NCBI GenBank assembly: GCA_963748015.1
Contig: CAVVHE010000004.1
Span: 1,504,001 to 1,568,000, forward strand
Direction of reading: 5' to 3'
DNA from: Terriglobia bacterium
GTDB lineage: Bacteria > Acidobacteriota > Polarisedimenticolia > Polarisedimenticolales > JAIQFR01
Length of the DNA stretch: 64,000 nt
Below, piece by piece: positions 46,654-55,708 of the stretch. Numbering within the stretch: the stretch's first letter is position 1; each line of letters starts with the position of its first letter. A program made the position numbers and the translations under genes. The notes beneath the pieces are model-generated. The model did no database searches. It saw only the letters and a list, made by a program, of their open reading frames with translations, and was not told where the DNA came from.

Positions 46654-48666
46654 TCAGCGCTCGATCAGCTGCGAGCGCAGGATCTGGGCGACGTCGAGCA
46701 CCTCGACCTTCTCCTGCCCTCCCACATCCGCCACGCCGTCCGACATCATCGTGAGACAGAACGGGCAGGCGACCGCCACGACGCCGGCGCCGCTCGCGAC
46801 CGCTTCCTGGGCGCGGTTCACGTTGACCTTGGTCCCGATCCGCTCCTCCATCCACATCCTGGCGCCGCCGGCCCCGCAGCAGAAGCCCGAATCGCGGCTC
46901 CTCGGCATCTCGACCAGGTCGAGGCCCGGCACCGCGGCGAGCGCCCGGCGCGGCGCGTCGTAGACCCCGTTGTGCCGGCCGAGGTAGCAGGAGTCGTGGA
47001 ACGTCGTCCTGGCCAGCGCGGCGGCCGCCGGCTTCAAGGGGATCCTCCCCTCCTCGGCGAGCTGCGCGAGCAGCTCGGTGTGGTGGATCACCTCGTAGTT
47101 CCCGCCGAGCTGCGGGTACTCGTTGCGCAGCGTGTTGAAGCAGTGCGGGCAGCTCGTGATGACCTTCTTCACGCCGTAGCCGTTCAGCGTCTCGATGTTC
47201 TGCGACGCGAGCATCTGGTACAGGTACTCGTTCCCCGCGCGCCGGGCCGGGTCGCCGGTGCAGGACTCCTCGATGCCGAGGATCGCGAAGCGGACCCCCG
47301 CGGCCTGGAGCAGCTCGGCCGTCGCGCGCACGATCTTCTTGTTCCGGTCGTCGAAGGCGCCTGCGCAGCCGACCCAGAGCAGGTACTCCACGTCCTTCGG
47401 CCCGTCCGCCATGACCGGGATGTCGAGCCCCTCCGCCCAGTCCGCGCGCGTCGAGGGGTCGAGCCCCCACGGGTTCCCCGCCTTCTCGAGGTTCTTGAAC
47501 GCGAGGGTCAGCTCGGGCGGGAACGCGCTGTCCTCCAGCACGAGCTTCCTGCGCATCCCGACGATCCGGTCGATGAACTCGATGAACAGCGGGCAGGCCT
47601 CCTCGCACGCGCGGCAGGTCGTGCACGACCAGAGGACGTCCTCGTGGATCGTCGCTCCCGGGAGCACCGGCGGCTCCCACCCCTCGGGCGCCTCCCGCCG
47701 GCCGAGCAGGAGCGGCAGCGCGGGCATGAGCGCGTGGCGCATGTCCTCGTTGATCCGCTTCGGGTTGAGCGGCTTGCCGGTCGCGTGGGCGGGGCACGCT
47801 TCCTGGCACCGGCCGCACTCGGTGCAGGAGTAGACGTCGAGGACGTCCTTCCACCTGAGGTCGGTCAGCGACGTGACGCCGAACCGCTCGGAGTTCTCGA
47901 GGTCCATCGCCGGCAGCGAGCCGGTGTCGAGCCGGCGGAAGAGCACCGACGGGAGCGACGTCACGACGTGGAAGTGCTTCGACATGGGAAGGAACACGAG
48001 GAAAACGAGGAGCGAGGCGAGGTGCAGCCACCACCCGCCGGCGTGGATCCCCGCCAGGGTGGACGGCGCGACGCCCCCGAAGAGGGGCGCCAGCGCGAGG
48101 CCGGCGGGGCAAGTGTAGCCGCCGGCCGTCCCGGTCACCGCCGTCTCGATCCCCGCCATGCCGAGGTCGGTGGCCATGAGCGTCGCGATCAGGCCCAGGA
48201 TCAGGCCGGCCTCCGAGGTCGGAGTGAGCCGAGCCGGGCGGACCACGACGCGCCGCCACGCGGCGACCGCCACGGCCCCGAGGACCGCGACCTCGAACAG
48301 GTCGCGGAACCACGCGTAGGCGGTCCCGAACGGCTGCCCGGGCCCGAGCCCCGGAACGTGGAATCCCTCGGCGAACCCGCGGCCGACGAACTGGACGGTG
48401 TTCACGGCGACGACGAGGAACCCCCAGAAGATCAGGGCGTGCATCAGCCCCGCGCCCCTGTAGGGGCGCGCCAGGATGCGCTTCTGGCCGATGAAGAACG
48501 CCAGCACCCCGCGGATGCGCTCCCACCACCGGTCGAGACGGTCCGAGGGCTGGGCCGCGGCGAGCATCGCCAGCCGCTCCTCCATCAGGTAACCGAAGGT
48601 CCCGATGGAAACCAGGAGCATCGCGACGAAGACCGCAAATCCCAGGGGCGAGTCCGTCGGCCTCAA
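46654..48666 (-). CDS. Membrane-bound Fe-S oxidoreductase (FadF/HdrD-like; TM region, 2x4Fe-4S, two CCG domains)
   Basis: HALIFWGF, SKHFH, CTECGRCQEACP, CTTCRACEEACP, CTGDPARRAG, HDSCYLGR, CCGAGG, ACPFC; TTG start with SD. Confidence 0.92.
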   Translation of the reverse strand: MRPTDSPLGFAVFVAMLLVSIGTFGYLMEERLAMLAAAQPSDRLDRWWERIRGVLAFFIGQKRILARPYRGAGLMHALIFWGFLVVAVNTVQFVGRGFAEGFHVPGLGPGQPFGTAYAWFRDLFEVAVLGAVAVAAWRRVVVRPARLTPTSEAGLILGLIATLMATDLGMAGIETAVTGTAGGYTCPAGLALAPLFGGVAPSTLAGIHAGGWWLHLASLLVFLVFLPMSKHFHVVTSLPSVLFRRLDTGSLPAMDLENSERFGVTSLTDLRWKDVLDVYSCTECGRCQEACPAHATGKPLNPKRINEDMRHALMPALPLLLGRREAPEGWEPPVLPGATIHEDVLWSCTTCRACEEACPLFIEFIDRIVGMRRKLVLEDSAFPPELTLAFKNLEKAGNPWGLDPSTRADWAEGLDIPVMADGPKDVEYLLWVGCAGAFDDRNKKIVRATAELLQAAGVRFAILGIEESCTGDPARRAGNEYLYQMLASQNIETLNGYGVKKVITSCPHCFNTLRNEYPQLGGNYEVIHHTELLAQLAEEGRIPLKPAAAALARTTFHDSCYLGRHNGVYDAPRRALAAVPGLDLVEMPRSRDSGFCCGAGGARMWMEERIGTKVNVNRAQEAVASGAGVVAVACPFCLTMMSDGVADVGGQEKVEVLDVAQILRSQLIER

Positions 48667-48802
48667 GCGTTCTCCCCTCGAGCCCGCGCTGGAACGGGTC
48701 CGGAGCGCCCAGGTGGCCGGAACCTCGTGGGATCGTGCGATCCGTGACCGCCGCCGCGGTGCGGGATCGTAGCATAGGGGCCTGTCGGGCTACAAAGGCG
48801 AA

Positions 48803-50830
48803 TCACGCCCTCCGGAGGACCAGGAGGTCGGCCCTGGGGTTCACCTTCTCGACCCGGAGCGTGAGGCGCGCCCCCAGCTCGACGCCCGAGAGCCCCTGGG
48901 CCGGCTCCTCGAGGAGCGTCTCGAGGAGCAGGACGACCGGGCGAGGAACGACGTCGACCACGATCGCCTCGACCGGCGCGTCGCCGCTCTGTTCGAGGTA
49001 CCGCAGGAGCCAGTAGCGCTCGCAGGCGCGCTCGGCGCGTCGCCCGTCCGCCTCGGCCGCCTCGGTGGTCGCGGCGACCCGTTGGAGCGACTCGGCGTCG
49101 TACTCCGGCGGCTCCCCCGCGAGCGCCCGCGCGATCTGGCGGTGCACGGCGAGGTCCTGGTAGCGCCTCAGGGGCGACGTGACCTGGGCGTACGCGGGCA
49201 GCCCCAGCGCGGCGTGCGGGCCGGGCTGCAGGGAGACCTCCCCTTTCCGCATGGAGCGCCTCAAGGCGCGCGCGGCGACGTAGTCCACCTCCCCGGCCGC
49301 CGCCGGGGCGACCACGCGCTCCGGGGGCGCCTGGCGCCGGTAGATCGCCGGAAGCCCGCGCTCGGTGCAGAAGCGGGCCCCCAGCGAGCCCGCCAGGACC
49401 ATCGCTTCCGAAACGAGCTTGTGGCCGGGCGATCCGGAATCGGAGCGCTCCAGGACGATCCTCCCGTCGGCGGCGACCCGGATGTCCACCTCGGGAACGG
49501 CGATGCGCACCGCGCCGGCCGCCACGCGCCGGGCCTCCCGGGCCACCGCGAGGCGGGCCAGGCTCCGCAACGCGCCCGCGTGCGGCCCCTCGCCGGTCTT
49601 GACGGCCCGGTCCGCGTCGTCGTAGGTGAGACGGGCGCGCGGCCGGATGATCGAGCGGAGGATCTCGAAGGTCGCGACCTCCCCGTCTCCGTCGAGCTCC
49701 ACGAGAAAGCTGAGCGCGGGGCGATCCTCCCCGGCGATCAGGCTCGCGGCTTCCTCCGAGATCGGCCCGGGGATCATCGTGAGGCGCCGGTCGGGAAGGT
49801 AGTGCGTCACCGCGCGCGCGAGCGCCTCGGCATCCACGGGATCGCCGGGGAGGACGAAGGCCGAGGCGTCGGCGATGTGGATGCCGATCCTGAAGCCCCC
49901 GCCGGGCAGGTCGTCGATCGAGAGCCCGTCGTCGATCTCGCGGGTCGAGGGGCCGTCCACCGTGACGACCTCGACCGCGGTCAGGTCGGACCTTCCCTCT
50001 CGGGCGAAGCCGCGCCGGCCTGCTTCGCGCGCGTGCGCGAGCGTCTCTTCCGGGAAACCCGTGCGAAGGCCGTAGCGGAGGACCGAGAGGTTCTCGTCGT
50101 CCGACGCGAAGCGGCCCAAGCGTCGCAGCAGGCGGAACGCCCCCTCGGCCGGCCGGTCGAACCGGATCCCCGCCCCCTCGAGCGCCTCGATGGCGAGATC
50201 GCGCGAGCTCTCGGGGGCGTCGAGGTCCAGGACGGCCAGGTGCTCGAGCGCCTCGACGTAGCGCTTCTCCTCGGGGCTACCCGCCGGCTCGAAGGCGCCT
50301 CCCGACGCGGCGCGCCGGAACGCCTCGACGGCCTCGCGGCGGCCGGCGTCGCGGGCGGCGGTGCGCGCCCGCTGAAGCTCGATCTCCTCGACCGCGGCGC
50401 GCGAGCGCGCTTCCCAGCCGGTTCCCTTCCGGACGAAGTGCGCGCCGTCGGCGAGGAGGGCGCGGATCAACGCGGCGCGATTCACACCGTCCGCGGAGCC
50501 GAGCGCGAGGTCGGCCAGTGCGCGGTCTTCCTGCGGCTCCCCGGCCTCGCTGAACAGCTCCCAAAGCGACGCGACGTCCACCGTCGCGGCCAGGGCGGCG
50601 ACCCTCGCCTCGACCGCGGCCACGCGCCGGCCGGCGTCCCTCCTCGCCTCCGGCGTCGCGGCGGGGACGCGCCCCGCCTCGAGCTCGAAGGCGATCCGCG
50701 CCGGAGCGACCCGCTCCTCGTGACCGTTCTCGAGGACCAGGCGGACGCGCTGCTTCTCCTCCCCCGCCGACACGCCGAGCGAGAGGAGCGCGCCGTCCCA
50801 CCAGGCGACCACCGATCCCGGGGCGGCCAT
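48803..50830 (-). CDS. RNB domain exoribonuclease (RNase II family)
   Basis: TVDGPSTREIDDGLS, IHIAD, LVSEAMV, HAALGLPAYAQVTSPLRRYQDL. Confidence 0.92.
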   Translation of the reverse strand: MAAPGSVVAWWDGALLSLGVSAGEEKQRVRLVLENGHEERVAPARIAFELEAGRVPAATPEARRDAGRRVAAVEARVAALAATVDVASLWELFSEAGEPQEDRALADLALGSADGVNRAALIRALLADGAHFVRKGTGWEARSRAAVEEIELQRARTAARDAGRREAVEAFRRAASGGAFEPAGSPEEKRYVEALEHLAVLDLDAPESSRDLAIEALEGAGIRFDRPAEGAFRLLRRLGRFASDDENLSVLRYGLRTGFPEETLAHAREAGRRGFAREGRSDLTAVEVVTVDGPSTREIDDGLSIDDLPGGGFRIGIHIADASAFVLPGDPVDAEALARAVTHYLPDRRLTMIPGPISEEAASLIAGEDRPALSFLVELDGDGEVATFEILRSIIRPRARLTYDDADRAVKTGEGPHAGALRSLARLAVAREARRVAAGAVRIAVPEVDIRVAADGRIVLERSDSGSPGHKLVSEAMVLAGSLGARFCTERGLPAIYRRQAPPERVVAPAAAGEVDYVAARALRRSMRKGEVSLQPGPHAALGLPAYAQVTSPLRRYQDLAVHRQIARALAGEPPEYDAESLQRVAATTEAAEADGRRAERACERYWLLRYLEQSGDAPVEAIVVDVVPRPVVLLLETLLEEPAQGLSGVELGARLTLRVEKVNPRADLLVLRRA

Positions 50831-50833
50831 CGG

Positions 50834-52174
50834 TCAGAGCCTCCGGACCAGTTCCGCGACCCCGCGGGCGAGCCCGGCGAGATCGCGGGCCTCGACGACG
50901 GCGTCCGCGAACGGAAGGTAATCGGCGAGGGCGGAATCGCCCGTGCCCCAGCGGCTCCTCGGCTCGGGAACGAGCCACAGGACCGCCCTCGAGCGGCGCG
51001 CGATCTCGTCCATGGCCCACGGCAGGGGATCGAAGCGGTTCGTCCGCGCGTCGCCGAGGATCACGATCACGGTGTCGCGGCCGGACGGGCGCAGGTGGGA
51101 CTTCAGCAGCGCGTGGAGGGTGCGGCCGTAGTCGCTGAGCGCGCCGAGATCGAGGCCGGGCAGCGACTCGATGAGGTCGGCGAACGACCGGCCACCCGCC
51201 TCGATCCCCTCGCCCCGCCGCCGGCCGCGCTGGGCCGTTCTCGGGGCGACGGCGCCCTTCGCCCCCGGCCGCCCCCTCGCCCACCGGGCGACGGCGCGCG
51301 TCGCGTCCACCGGGCGGTCCACGAACGCCAGCACGCGGGCCTGGCGTCCCGCCTTCACGAATTCCGTCGCCATGGCGAGGAAGTACCCGGCGGCGCGGGC
51401 CGTCGAGTGCGAGACGTCCACGAGCAGCACGACCCGCGGGCGGCGGGGGCGCGCGCGCCGGAACGGGAGGACGAAGGGGACGCCGCCGCGCGAGAGGTTC
51501 TCCCGGAACAGGCGGCGCGTCCACAGCCGCCCGCGCTTCGCCCGCGCGAGGCGCCTCCCCGCGCCGAGCCGGATCTCCTGCACGAGGCGCGGCACCTCCC
51601 TCGCGAGCCGGCGCTCCTCGTCGGTGCTCATCGGCCGCGTGAGGTCCCAGCGGGCCGGATCTCTCGCCTCGGAGCCGGGGCCCTCGGGCCGCGCCTCGCG
51701 CTCGACGCGCGCGCGCCTCAGCCGCCCTTCGCGGCGGGAATCCCCTTCCCGGAGCCGCTCGATCGCGCGATGGAGCCGCTCGCGCCGCTCCTCGCCCGAC
51801 GCGTCTTTCCCCCTGGCCTTGCTCTCGGCCTTGCGCTTCGCTCCGGGCTTCGGCTCCTCCACCTGCCGCGGCTTCTTGCTCCGCCCGCCTTCCCCGGCGC
51901 GGCCTGCGCCCAAGGCGCCGCCCCCGCCGGGTTTCTCGCCGCGCCCCGAGCCCTCCCTCGCGGGCGTCGCGAAGAAGCGGTCGAACAGCCGGTCGAACTT
52001 CTCGCGGTGCGCGCGCCCCTTCGCGAGCGTGGCCGCGAGCGCTATGCGGAAGCGCGATCGATCCTCGAGGCCGGTGGCGTCGAGCGCCCTCGCCGCGTCC
52101 AGGATCTCCGCCGGGGAGGCGGGCACGCCTTCCGCGCGGAGCGCCTCGACGAAGCGCGCGACGGCGGGGATCAT
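50834..52174 (-). CDS. CoxE-like VWA domain protein
   Basis: FVEALRAEGVPASPAE, VLLVDVSHS (MIDAS), SDYG, ILGDARTN, WLVPEP, WGTGDS. Confidence 0.88.
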   Translation of the reverse strand: MIPAVARFVEALRAEGVPASPAEILDAARALDATGLEDRSRFRIALAATLAKGRAHREKFDRLFDRFFATPAREGSGRGEKPGGGGALGAGRAGEGGRSKKPRQVEEPKPGAKRKAESKARGKDASGEERRERLHRAIERLREGDSRREGRLRRARVEREARPEGPGSEARDPARWDLTRPMSTDEERRLAREVPRLVQEIRLGAGRRLARAKRGRLWTRRLFRENLSRGGVPFVLPFRRARPRRPRVVLLVDVSHSTARAAGYFLAMATEFVKAGRQARVLAFVDRPVDATRAVARWARGRPGAKGAVAPRTAQRGRRRGEGIEAGGRSFADLIESLPGLDLGALSDYGRTLHALLKSHLRPSGRDTVIVILGDARTNRFDPLPWAMDEIARRSRAVLWLVPEPRSRWGTGDSALADYLPFADAVVEARDLAGLARGVAELVRRL

Positions 52175-53088
52175 GAACGGAAGCGGGACGGATCGGCGAG
52201 CACCCTCTCCACGTCCTCGCGGTTCTTCAGGAGAACGCCCAGCGTGCGACGCAGCACGCTCGCCGAGAGGCCGTCGGCGCCGACCGCGACGAGGGCGAGG
52301 GCCCAGTCCACCACCTCCGCGATCGCGGGGGCCTTCTTGAGATCGGCCTTCCGGAGCGACTGGGCGAAGCGGACGAGGCGCTCCGTGAGCGAGACGGACA
52401 GTCCGGGGACCCTGCTCTCGACGATCCGGATCTCGTCCTCGAACGACGGGTAGTCCACGTAGAGGTAGAGGCACCGTCGCCGGAGCGCGTCCGAAAGCTC
52501 GCGGGTGTCGTTGCTCGTCAGGACGACGCGGGGGCGGTGCTTCGCGCGAATCGTCCCCAGCTCCGGGATCGAGACCTGGTAGTCCGAAAGCACCTCGAGC
52601 AGGAACGCCTCGAACTCCTCGTCCGAGCGGTCCACCTCGTCCACGAGCAGGACCACCGGCTCGTCCGAGGTGATCGCCGCGAGGAGCGGCCGCGGGAGGA
52701 GGAAGTCCCGCGAGAAGAACTCGTCGGCCTCCCCCCGCAGAACGGCCATCGCCGAGCGGAGGTCGGCGGCGCCCGAGAGCAGCTCGCCGGTCTTGTCCCG
52801 GAGGAGCTGCGCGTAGAGCATCTGCTTGCCGTACGACCACTCGTAGAGCGCCTTCGCCTCGTCGAGCCCCTCGTAGCACTGCAGGCGCGTGAGCTCGCTG
52901 CCGTGGAACTGGGCCCACAGCTTCGCGATCTCCGTCTTCCCGACGCCGGGAGGGCCTTCGAGGAGGAGCGGCTTTCCGAGCGTCTCGGCGAGGTACAGCG
53001 TCGTCGCGACCTCGCCGGTGCACACGAATCCCCGCTCCTGGAACGCCGCCTCGATCGCCTCGGGAGTGACTTCTCGACCCTTCGACAT
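52171..53088 (-). CDS. MoxR family AAA+ ATPase (CoxD-like)
   Basis: LEGPPGVGKT, RLQCYEGLD, ALYEWSY, VDEVDRSDEEFEAFLLE, RELSDALRRRC; ATGA overlap with the VWA gene. Confidence 0.93.
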   Translation of the reverse strand: MSKGREVTPEAIEAAFQERGFVCTGEVATTLYLAETLGKPLLLEGPPGVGKTEIAKLWAQFHGSELTRLQCYEGLDEAKALYEWSYGKQMLYAQLLRDKTGELLSGAADLRSAMAVLRGEADEFFSRDFLLPRPLLAAITSDEPVVLLVDEVDRSDEEFEAFLLEVLSDYQVSIPELGTIRAKHRPRVVLTSNDTRELSDALRRRCLYLYVDYPSFEDEIRIVESRVPGLSVSLTERLVRFAQSLRKADLKKAPAIAEVVDWALALVAVGADGLSASVLRRTLGVLLKNREDVERVLADPSRFRS

Positions 53089-53117
53089 CCTGCTCAGTAT
53101 AGCGCGGCATGCACCAC

Positions 53118-53309
53118 AGCGACGCGCGCCGGCGTCCGATCCCGCGGCGACGATGCCCGAGGCGACGGGGACCCCTGCACGGCCGCGCGAAGGGTCGAGC
53201 GCGATGGCGCTAGGGTCTGCGCCATCGCGTTTGCTCGACCCTTCGCGCGGCCGATGCGGGTCGTCGCCGAGGGAGGTCGCCGCGGGATCGGACGCCGGCG
53301 CGCGTCGCT
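53118..53309. repeat. 192-bp imperfect palindrome (MITE/REP-like)
   Basis: 34-bp perfect outer inverted repeat (53118-53151 / 53276-53309) with nested 21-bp and 10-bp inner arms. Confidence 0.8.
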
Positions 53310-53349
53310 CTCGGGACAACCGACCCTGCCCGGGAGGGGGCGTTCGGGG

Positions 53350-54489
53350 TCAGCGCCGGAACGGGTCCACGAGACCGGCGAGGACGGGAGGTGGGTCGAG
53401 CCCCTTGGAGAGGATCAGCACCTTGAAGGTGCGGCCCATCCCCTCGGGGTGGATCAGCTGCATCGCGCGGAGGCGCGCGCGGACGGCGGCCGGGTCGTTG
53501 CGGTCGCCTGCCCCGTCCTCGAAGTGGCGCAGGATGCCGTTCGCGATCAGGAAGCGGTCCTGCGTCGTGAGGCCGAGAGGGACGAGGCCCAGCTCGCGCG
53601 CGCGGTCCTCGAGGTGGGTGAAGTTCACGTGAGCGGTCAGGTCCTGCTCCCCCACTCGCAGCAGGAATTCCTCGTTGGTCGCGTGGCGGTGGTACGCGAG
53701 CAGCGTGCCCCGCGGCCGGCCCGGACCGTAGAGAACGTCCGCGGGGTAGCCGTAGTCCACGATCACGACGAACCCGGCGCCGAGCGTCGTGGCGAGCTGC
53801 TCGAGCTGCGCGCCCGCGGCGGGACAGACCTCGGCCTCCTCGCCGTCGCGCGCGGCGGCGCCGTAACGACCGGCGAGCGCGGCGGCGTCCGGCGACGGGT
53901 CGCGCTCGGCCTCGACGAGGCGGCCGGCCGCGTCGAGGTCCACGACGATCTCGTGGAGCCTGCCGCCGCGGCGGCGAAGCCGGTGCACGGGCAGCGCGTC
54001 GAACAGCTCGACGGCCAGGACGCACCCCGCGGGGCGCGGCCCGACCGCGCCGGGAGCCGCCGATTCCGCCTCCGGAGCGCGTCCCGATCCCGCGGCCCGC
54101 ATGCCGGGGCTCGAGTCCACCGCGACGTAGCGCAGCCGCCCCGCGAAGCCGGGATCGACGGCAGGCAGGGCGTCGAGCACGTCGCGAGCCAGAAGCCCCC
54201 GCCCCGCGCCGAACTCCACCGCCGCGAACTCCGGCGGCCGCCCGAGCAGGCCGTCCATCTCGAGGAGCTGGCGCGCGACGCACTCGCCGAAGAAGGTCCC
54301 CACGTCGCTCGCCGTGAAGAAATCCCCTTCCCTGCCGAGCCGGGACGCGCCCCGCGCGTAGTAGCCGTGTTCCGGGTCGTGGAGGGCGAGGTCCATGAAG
54401 CGCGCGAAGGAAATCGGGCCGCGCTCGCGGATCTCTCCCGCGATGCGGCGGAGAAGCTCGGGAACGCCCGGGGAACGCTCGGCGTCCAC
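53350..54489 (-). CDS. SAM-dependent methyltransferase, MidA/NDUFAF7 family
   Basis: GPISFARFMDLALHDPEHGYY, GDFFTA, EFGAGRG, ELFDALPV, DYGY, GEQDLTAHVNF, MGRTFKVL. Confidence 0.92.
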   Translation of the reverse strand: MDAERSPGVPELLRRIAGEIRERGPISFARFMDLALHDPEHGYYARGASRLGREGDFFTASDVGTFFGECVARQLLEMDGLLGRPPEFAAVEFGAGRGLLARDVLDALPAVDPGFAGRLRYVAVDSSPGMRAAGSGRAPEAESAAPGAVGPRPAGCVLAVELFDALPVHRLRRRGGRLHEIVVDLDAAGRLVEAERDPSPDAAALAGRYGAAARDGEEAEVCPAAGAQLEQLATTLGAGFVVIVDYGYPADVLYGPGRPRGTLLAYHRHATNEEFLLRVGEQDLTAHVNFTHLEDRARELGLVPLGLTTQDRFLIANGILRHFEDGAGDRNDPAAVRARLRAMQLIHPEGMGRTFKVLILSKGLDPPPVLAGLVDPFRR

Positions 54490-54492
54490 GCG

Positions 54493-55029
54493 TCAGGCGG
54501 TCTGGCCCGCCAGCTCCGACGCGCTCTTGTCGCCGCGCGCGATCTTCCGCTGGATCTCCATGACCGCCTCGATGAGCCCCTCGGGGCGAGGGGGGCAGCC
54601 GGAGATGTAGACGTCCACCGGGATGATCTCGTCCACTCCCTGGACGACGGAGTAGGAGCGGTACATCCCGCCCGAGGAGGCGCAGGCCCCCATGGCGATC
54701 ACCCAGCGGGGCTCGGGCATCTGGTCGTAGATCTTCTTCACCGCCGGGGCCATCTTCTTCGTCACGGTGCCCGAGACGACCATGAGGTCCGCCTGGCGAG
54801 GCGAGAAGCGCAGCGCCTCGGCGCCGAAGCGGGCGAGGTCGTATCGGGGCCCGACCGTCGCCATCAGCTCGATCGCGCAGCACGCGAGGCCCATCGGCAT
54901 CGGCCAGAGGGAGTTCTTCCGCCCCCACGCGACGAAGTCCATGAGCCGGGTCGTGTAGGCGGTGTGCCCGGTGCCGTCGTCTCCCTCGGGCCGCTGGAAG
55001 AGGACGAGCGGGGAGCCCTTCGTTTCCAT
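54493..55029 (-). CDS. nuoB: NADH-quinone oxidoreductase subunit B
   Basis: [40 protein letters not shown]. Confidence 0.96.
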   Translation of the reverse strand: METKGSPLVLFQRPEGDDGTGHTAYTTRLMDFVAWGRKNSLWPMPMGLACCAIELMATVGPRYDLARFGAEALRFSPRQADLMVVSGTVTKKMAPAVKKIYDQMPEPRWVIAMGACASSGGMYRSYSVVQGVDEIIPVDVYISGCPPRPEGLIEAVMEIQRKIARGDKSASELAGQTA

Positions 55030-55117
55030 CGCAACCTCCGGCCGGATCGGTGCCGGGCCGCTCGTCGCCCGGTCGTGGGATGGTAGCACAGCGAGGGCTC
55101 CCTCCCGATGTCCCGCG

Positions 55118-55504
55118 TCACGAGGGCGGATCCTCCCAGGGCCCGTCCTCGTCCACCGGCCGGCGATCCTCGAGCCCCGCCCCAGGCTCGTGCCAGAAGC
55201 CGATCGACGGCTCGCCGATCCACCAGCAGAGGAAGACCTGCCGCCCGTCCCTCCGCGCGGGGAAGTCGAGCAGTCCCGTGCGGGCGTTCTTCACCCGCGC
55301 GCCGGACGCCTCGATCCGGCTCACCGAGGCGAGAAAACCCTCGACCAGGTCGAAGTAGCCGCGGGCGACGGGCCCGTCCGGCTGCCCCGCCTCCGCGCGC
55401 GCTCCGTCCATCTCGCGGAGGAGCCTGCACATGAGCCGCGCGACGGGGAGAAGCGCCCCCGCGCACTCGCGGGCCGACCGCAACGTGAAAATCCGGGTGG
55501 TCAC
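55118..55504 (-). CDS. DUF2203-like protein
   Basis: [35 protein letters not shown]. Confidence 0.8.
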   Translation of the reverse strand: MTTRIFTLRSARECAGALLPVARLMCRLLREMDGARAEAGQPDGPVARGYFDLVEGFLASVSRIEASGARVKNARTGLLDFPARRDGRQVFLCWWIGEPSIGFWHEPGAGLEDRRPVDEDGPWEDPPS

Positions 55505-55624
55505 CGGGACGCGCTCCGAGAGGCGTGGGACCGCGTCAGGCTAGCGGAGTCGCGGAGAAGGGGTCAACGTCGCGGCGGCACCCGGTTGCCGCGAAGGAAC
55601 GGGGCGAGCGCCCATCCCCGAAGC

Positions 55625-55653
55625 TTGACGGCCCCGGGGGGCTCCGGTAAATT
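55625..55653 (+). promoter_or_regulatory. Putative sigma70 promoter of lpdA
   Basis: TTGACG-N17-TAAATT. Confidence 0.55.
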
Positions 55654-55708
55654 GGCCCGCTCGGGAAGTCGTTGTCCCGAGAAGACTTCGGGTCGAGGGG
55701 ACGGTCAC

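Noticed and set aside
49082..55086. Long plus-strand ORFs (1123 aa and 849 aa)
   Set aside because: Shadows of well-supported minus-strand genes (RNase II family, VWA, MoxR, MidA, nuoB).
55560..55630. Possible structured ncRNA between the DUF2203-like gene and lpdA
   Set aside because: Short GC stems are expected by chance at this GC content and overlap the lpdA -35 box; no recognisable family motif.
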